From Octopus sinensis (lineage: Eukaryota), in assembly GCF_006345805.1 (NCBI RefSeq), contig NC_043007.1:37138001-37202000 (forward strand): a DNA stretch of 64,000 nucleotides, written 5' to 3'. Shown here in pieces: positions 60,193-64,000 of the stretch. Numbering within the stretch: the first letter of the stretch is position 1; each line of letters opens with the position of its first letter. Under the pieces are notes generated by a model, which saw nothing but the letters and a program-made list of their open reading frames with translations, did no database searches and was not told the origin of the DNA. The position numbers were made by a program, and so were the translations under genes.

Positions 60193-61861
60193 ATTCATAA
60201 ACATATATATATGGCTGTGTGTAAGTGCAGGTGTTGATGTGTGATTGAGAAGTTTGTTTCCAAACCACATAATTTCAAGTTCAGTTCCATTACGTGGCAA
60301 GCCCTCTAAGTGGATTTGGTAAATGGGAACTGAAATCTATCCATGTATATATGCCTGTTTATGTATAAATGTGTGCATATGTCTCTTTGTCTTGACATCA
60401 TGTGATAGTTGTTGTTATACATGCATGTGTTGTCTTTCATTTTCATTCTTCTGTGAAAACGTCTGGCCAGCAGGGAAATGTTACCTTCCTTGAAAACAGG
60501 TGAGAATTAGTGATAGGAAGGGCATCCAGCTGTAGAAAATCTTCCACCATGAATTTCATTTGATCCATGTGAACATGGAAAAGTTGACGTTGAGAAACAA
60601 TGTTGATAATGATAATCACACACACACACACACATGCACTTAGAATTTCATATATACATTGTTCAAATATAAATATAAATGCCATAAAATATAGACAGAA
60701 TATATTTTTTTTTATTGCAAATAAAAATCACATATATATGCAACATAATTATTATAATGTAATCAATGTTTATAATGTCTTAAATTTGTATAAACATAAT
60801 ATAAAATATAGATATGGATTATGCATCAGTTTATCAAAGCATGATACAATTAAAATAGGTGAGTTCAACTTTGCTACTCGTAACATTCATTAACAAAAAT
60901 TGCTGAAGTCATCACACAGCCACTTGTAGCACCTTCAAAAGAAAAAGAAGAGAAAATCATTCTTACATAGGCTCATGGTAAGTTTATCATTATTATTATT
61001 ATTAGAGCGGTGAGCTGGCAGAATCATTAGCATGCTGGATGAAATGCTTAGCAGTATTTCACCCATCGCTATGTTCTGAGTTCAAATTCCACCAAGGTCG
61101 ACTTTGCCTGTCATCCTTTCAGGGTCAATAGATTAAGTACCAGTTACGCACTGGGGTCGATGTAATCGACTTAATCCGTTTGTCTGTCCTTGTTTGTCCC
61201 CTCTATGTTTAAGTTAAGTTAATTTTTTGGCTCAAAAAGCAAAAAGCAAGGCCATATAGGGGGACATGGAGTTATGTACAGGGAGGGTGTTCATGCAAAG
61301 AGTTCAGACCCTTGTGGGTAATAAAGAAACCGATAAATTAAGTACCTGTGAAACACTGGGGTTGATGTAATCAACTTTCCCCCTTCCCACAAATTCGAGG
61401 CCTTGTACCTCCAGTAGAAAGGATTATTATTGTTATTGTTGTAATTGTTATATTTTAAATCCTGCTACAGTCAGCTTAGCCTTTCATTCCATCAAGTTCT
61501 CTAAGATAATCTACCTGCCAAGCCAAGTGGTGGAGTTGATTTAATTGACTAACCCACTTTCCCCAAATTTCAGGCCTCCTGCTTATGTTTGAACTATTGA
61601 TTTCAAATTTTAACACAAGGCCAGAAAGTTCAGGGGTGGTGGGTAAGGCAATTATATCGACCCCAGTGCTCAACTGGTACTCATTTTATCAACTGTGAAA
61701 AATGAAAGGCAAACTTAACCTTGGTGGAATTTGAACCTTGAACATATAGACAGATGAAACGATGCTAAGCATCTTGCCTGACGTGCTAACACTTCTGCCA
61801 GCCCACTGCCTTATTTTATGTTTGAAATATTATGATTCTTTTAACTCAGGTTTTAATATAA

Positions 61862-62525
61862 TGAAATTATTGTTATACAGTGCTCAGGTGCACCACAACT
61901 TGTCAAAAGTGCATATAAAGCATATGCAGTAATGTACAAATCTCTGGAAAGCGAACAGTGTATGAGTCAGATACATGCTTGTATGTGTATGGAGGGGAGA
62001 AAATCAGGTGTAGTGTTGGCGAATCTCAGGAAGTTTTGAAGGATGCAGTGCTCCAACAACTAACAACTAATGCCGGCAGTTTGTTCCATGCTTCAGCAAC
62101 TCTTAGCGTAAAAAAAACGTTTCCAAAAGTCATGGGAGCTGTGCTTTTTTCTGATTTTGTAAACATGTCCACGGGTGTTAGACAGGTGGAGTTTGAAAAG
62201 TTGCTCAAAGTTATTGTTAGTAAATAGTTAATAATTTTATGGGTGTCTGCCAAATCAGCTGCCAGATGTCAGAGTTTCAATGTATCCATACCCAGGGAAG
62301 TAAGGTGTTCAGAATATGGCAAATGCCTGATGGATGGTATTCTCTTGGTGGCACATCGCTGAACGGTTTCCAGATGATTATTATCCTGGGCAAGGTAGGG
62401 GTTCCAGACCGGTGATGCAAATTCCAGGTGAGGCTGCACCATAGCTATATAGAGCCTCAGATAGATAGCTGGAGAGCAGCTCATAAAGGACTTGGTTTTG
62501 TTGGAACTCCCAGAATCTTGCATGA
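61862..62525 (-). mobile_element. CR1-group LINE 3' fragment
   Basis: ORFs 62269..62523 and 62026..62253: HLEFASPVWNPY...FFTLRVAEAWNKLP; same family as 3601..4340. Confidence 0.85.
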
Positions 62526-62777
62526 GTAGTGGGCTTGCTACTTGCAGCCTATAGTACTATGCTATTTGTACTCTTTGTTGTGTTCTTGAGCAAAACACTT
62601 TATTTCACGTTGCTCTAGTTCACTCAGCTGTGGAAATGAGTTGGCAATTGTGAGCTCTGGGCACTCTTCTTCACAGTGGATAAAGTATGACTGTGATCTT
62701 AGAGTCTTCAGCTGAAGTGAGACAAGGATGTGGAGTTTTCCCTTTTGTGTGTGTGTATGTATATATACATATATATA

Positions 62778-62975
62778 CTGGATGGGTCAAAAGTCACGCA
62801 CAAAATAAGTTCAATACACTCTGGAATTGTGAAAGACATGCTTCAATTTTTCTAGAACTCAATAAAATAAATAACAATGAACACACACACACTTGTACAT
62901 GACAAACAAAATGAATAATAATGTAAATGTAAATTAAAATGTCAAATGTTTTGTGCATGACTTTGGCCCACCCTG
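62778..62975. mobile_element. Tc1/mariner-type MITE (diverged)
   Basis: Imperfect TIRs ctggatgggtcaaaagtcacgcacaaaa / ttttgtgcatgactttggcccaccctg. Confidence 0.7.
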
Positions 62976-63589
62976 CAATATACAATTAACTGTTAAAACA
63001 TAATTAGCTATAAATCCGTTTGCGTATCATGCCATAATTACATGAAACATTATTCATTCAGCCTGGTCTTTTTGAAAAAGTCTTCTTCCATTACAGAAGA
63101 AAGGACACACACGCATAGACACATGCATGCATACACACACAAATGCACACATGTATATAAATATATATATATATATATATAGGATAAATGTAAAAAAACA
63201 CAAACTGGGACAAGAACACAAAACATTTAGAAGACGATACAAAAAAACGGACGAGACATTCAAAGCCTTCGATCTTCAGTCAAAAACCAGATCATCTTCG
63301 CAATTTTGGCTGATTAATTTTGAGATTGCTCCGACCTGGCCAGCCCCAAAGGAAAATCTAAGCCAAGCGCATTAGATTCCTTGGAAGAAAGCCTCGAATG
63401 TATACAAAACAAGGACGGGAACGAATAAGAATACAAAAATACGTAAAAATAATAATAACACGAATAAGAATACGAAAATACGTAAAAACAATAATGATAA
63501 TAATAATAACAAAAACAGGACGTTACAGACAGGTGTCTTTTCGACAGGATGGGTGAACTTGAGCTGGCGCATTGAAAAATATATATATT

Positions 63590-63838
63590 GACTGGCTTCC
63601 GTGCCGGTGGCACGTAAAAAGCACCAATCCGATCGTGGCCATTGCCAGCCTCGTCTGGCACGTAAAAAGCACCCATTACACTCAAGGAGTGGTTGGCGTT
63701 AGGAAGGGTATCCAGCTGTAGAAACATTGCCAGATCAGACTGGAGCCTGGTGCAGCCTTCTGGCTTCTCAGATCCCGGTCGAACCGTCCAATCCATGCTA
63801 GCATGGAGAATGGACGTTAAACGATGATGATGATGATA
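63590..63838 (+). mobile_element. RTE-tail element copy
   Basis: gtgccggtggcacgtaaaaagcacc...ccatgctagcatgg...(gat)n. Confidence 0.82.
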
Positions 63839-63840
63839 TA

Positions 63841-64000
63841 AAGATATTTTGTATTTTACAAGATTATTTACGTATATTTATTACTTTATCTAATTAATTA
63901 TTTTAAGATATTTCATATTTTACAATATTATTTACGTATATATATTAATTTATCTAATTAATTATATTAAGATATTTCATATTTTACAAGATTATCTATG
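63841..64000. repeat. AT-rich minisatellite, 64-bp period, running off the window
   Basis: aagatattt unit starts at 63841, 63905 and 63969. Confidence 0.85.

Overview
AT-rich, repeat-dense metazoan genomic DNA. The repeat families and the long-exon C2H2 gene look like an octopus (coleoid cephalopod) genome; this is inferred, not database-checked. Three protein-coding genes can be read from the sequence. (1) The 3' part of an 11-finger C2H2 zinc-finger gene (+, <1..1832). (2) A complete 11-exon PSMC6/Rpt4 proteasome AAA-ATPase (-, 33188..9025, 396 aa), with every junction GT-AG and phase-consistent. Its exon 4 is present twice in a ~711-bp tandem duplication. (3) A complete 4-exon FBXO28-like F-box gene (+, 37015..52431, 406 aa), head-to-head with PSMC6. 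The rest is transposon-derived: at least 3 tRNA-headed SINE families, ~20 copies of an RTE-tail element with (GAT)n tails and double-hairpin minisatellites, decayed RTE and CR1-type LINEs, Tc1/mariner, Chapaev3-like and possible Penelope-like remnants, and hAT, piggyBac and Tc1-type MITEs. Most worth checking: the duplicated PSMC6 exon, unusual substitutions in the last PSMC6 exon, a 240-bp near-perfect palindrome, hammerhead-ribozyme-like relics, a two-member ~135-bp hairpin family, and inverted repeats around FBXO28 exon 2. I found no convincing evidence of a wholly new biological system. No rRNA, true tRNA or CRISPR was found. TE boundaries are approximate unless a TSD or TIR is quoted.
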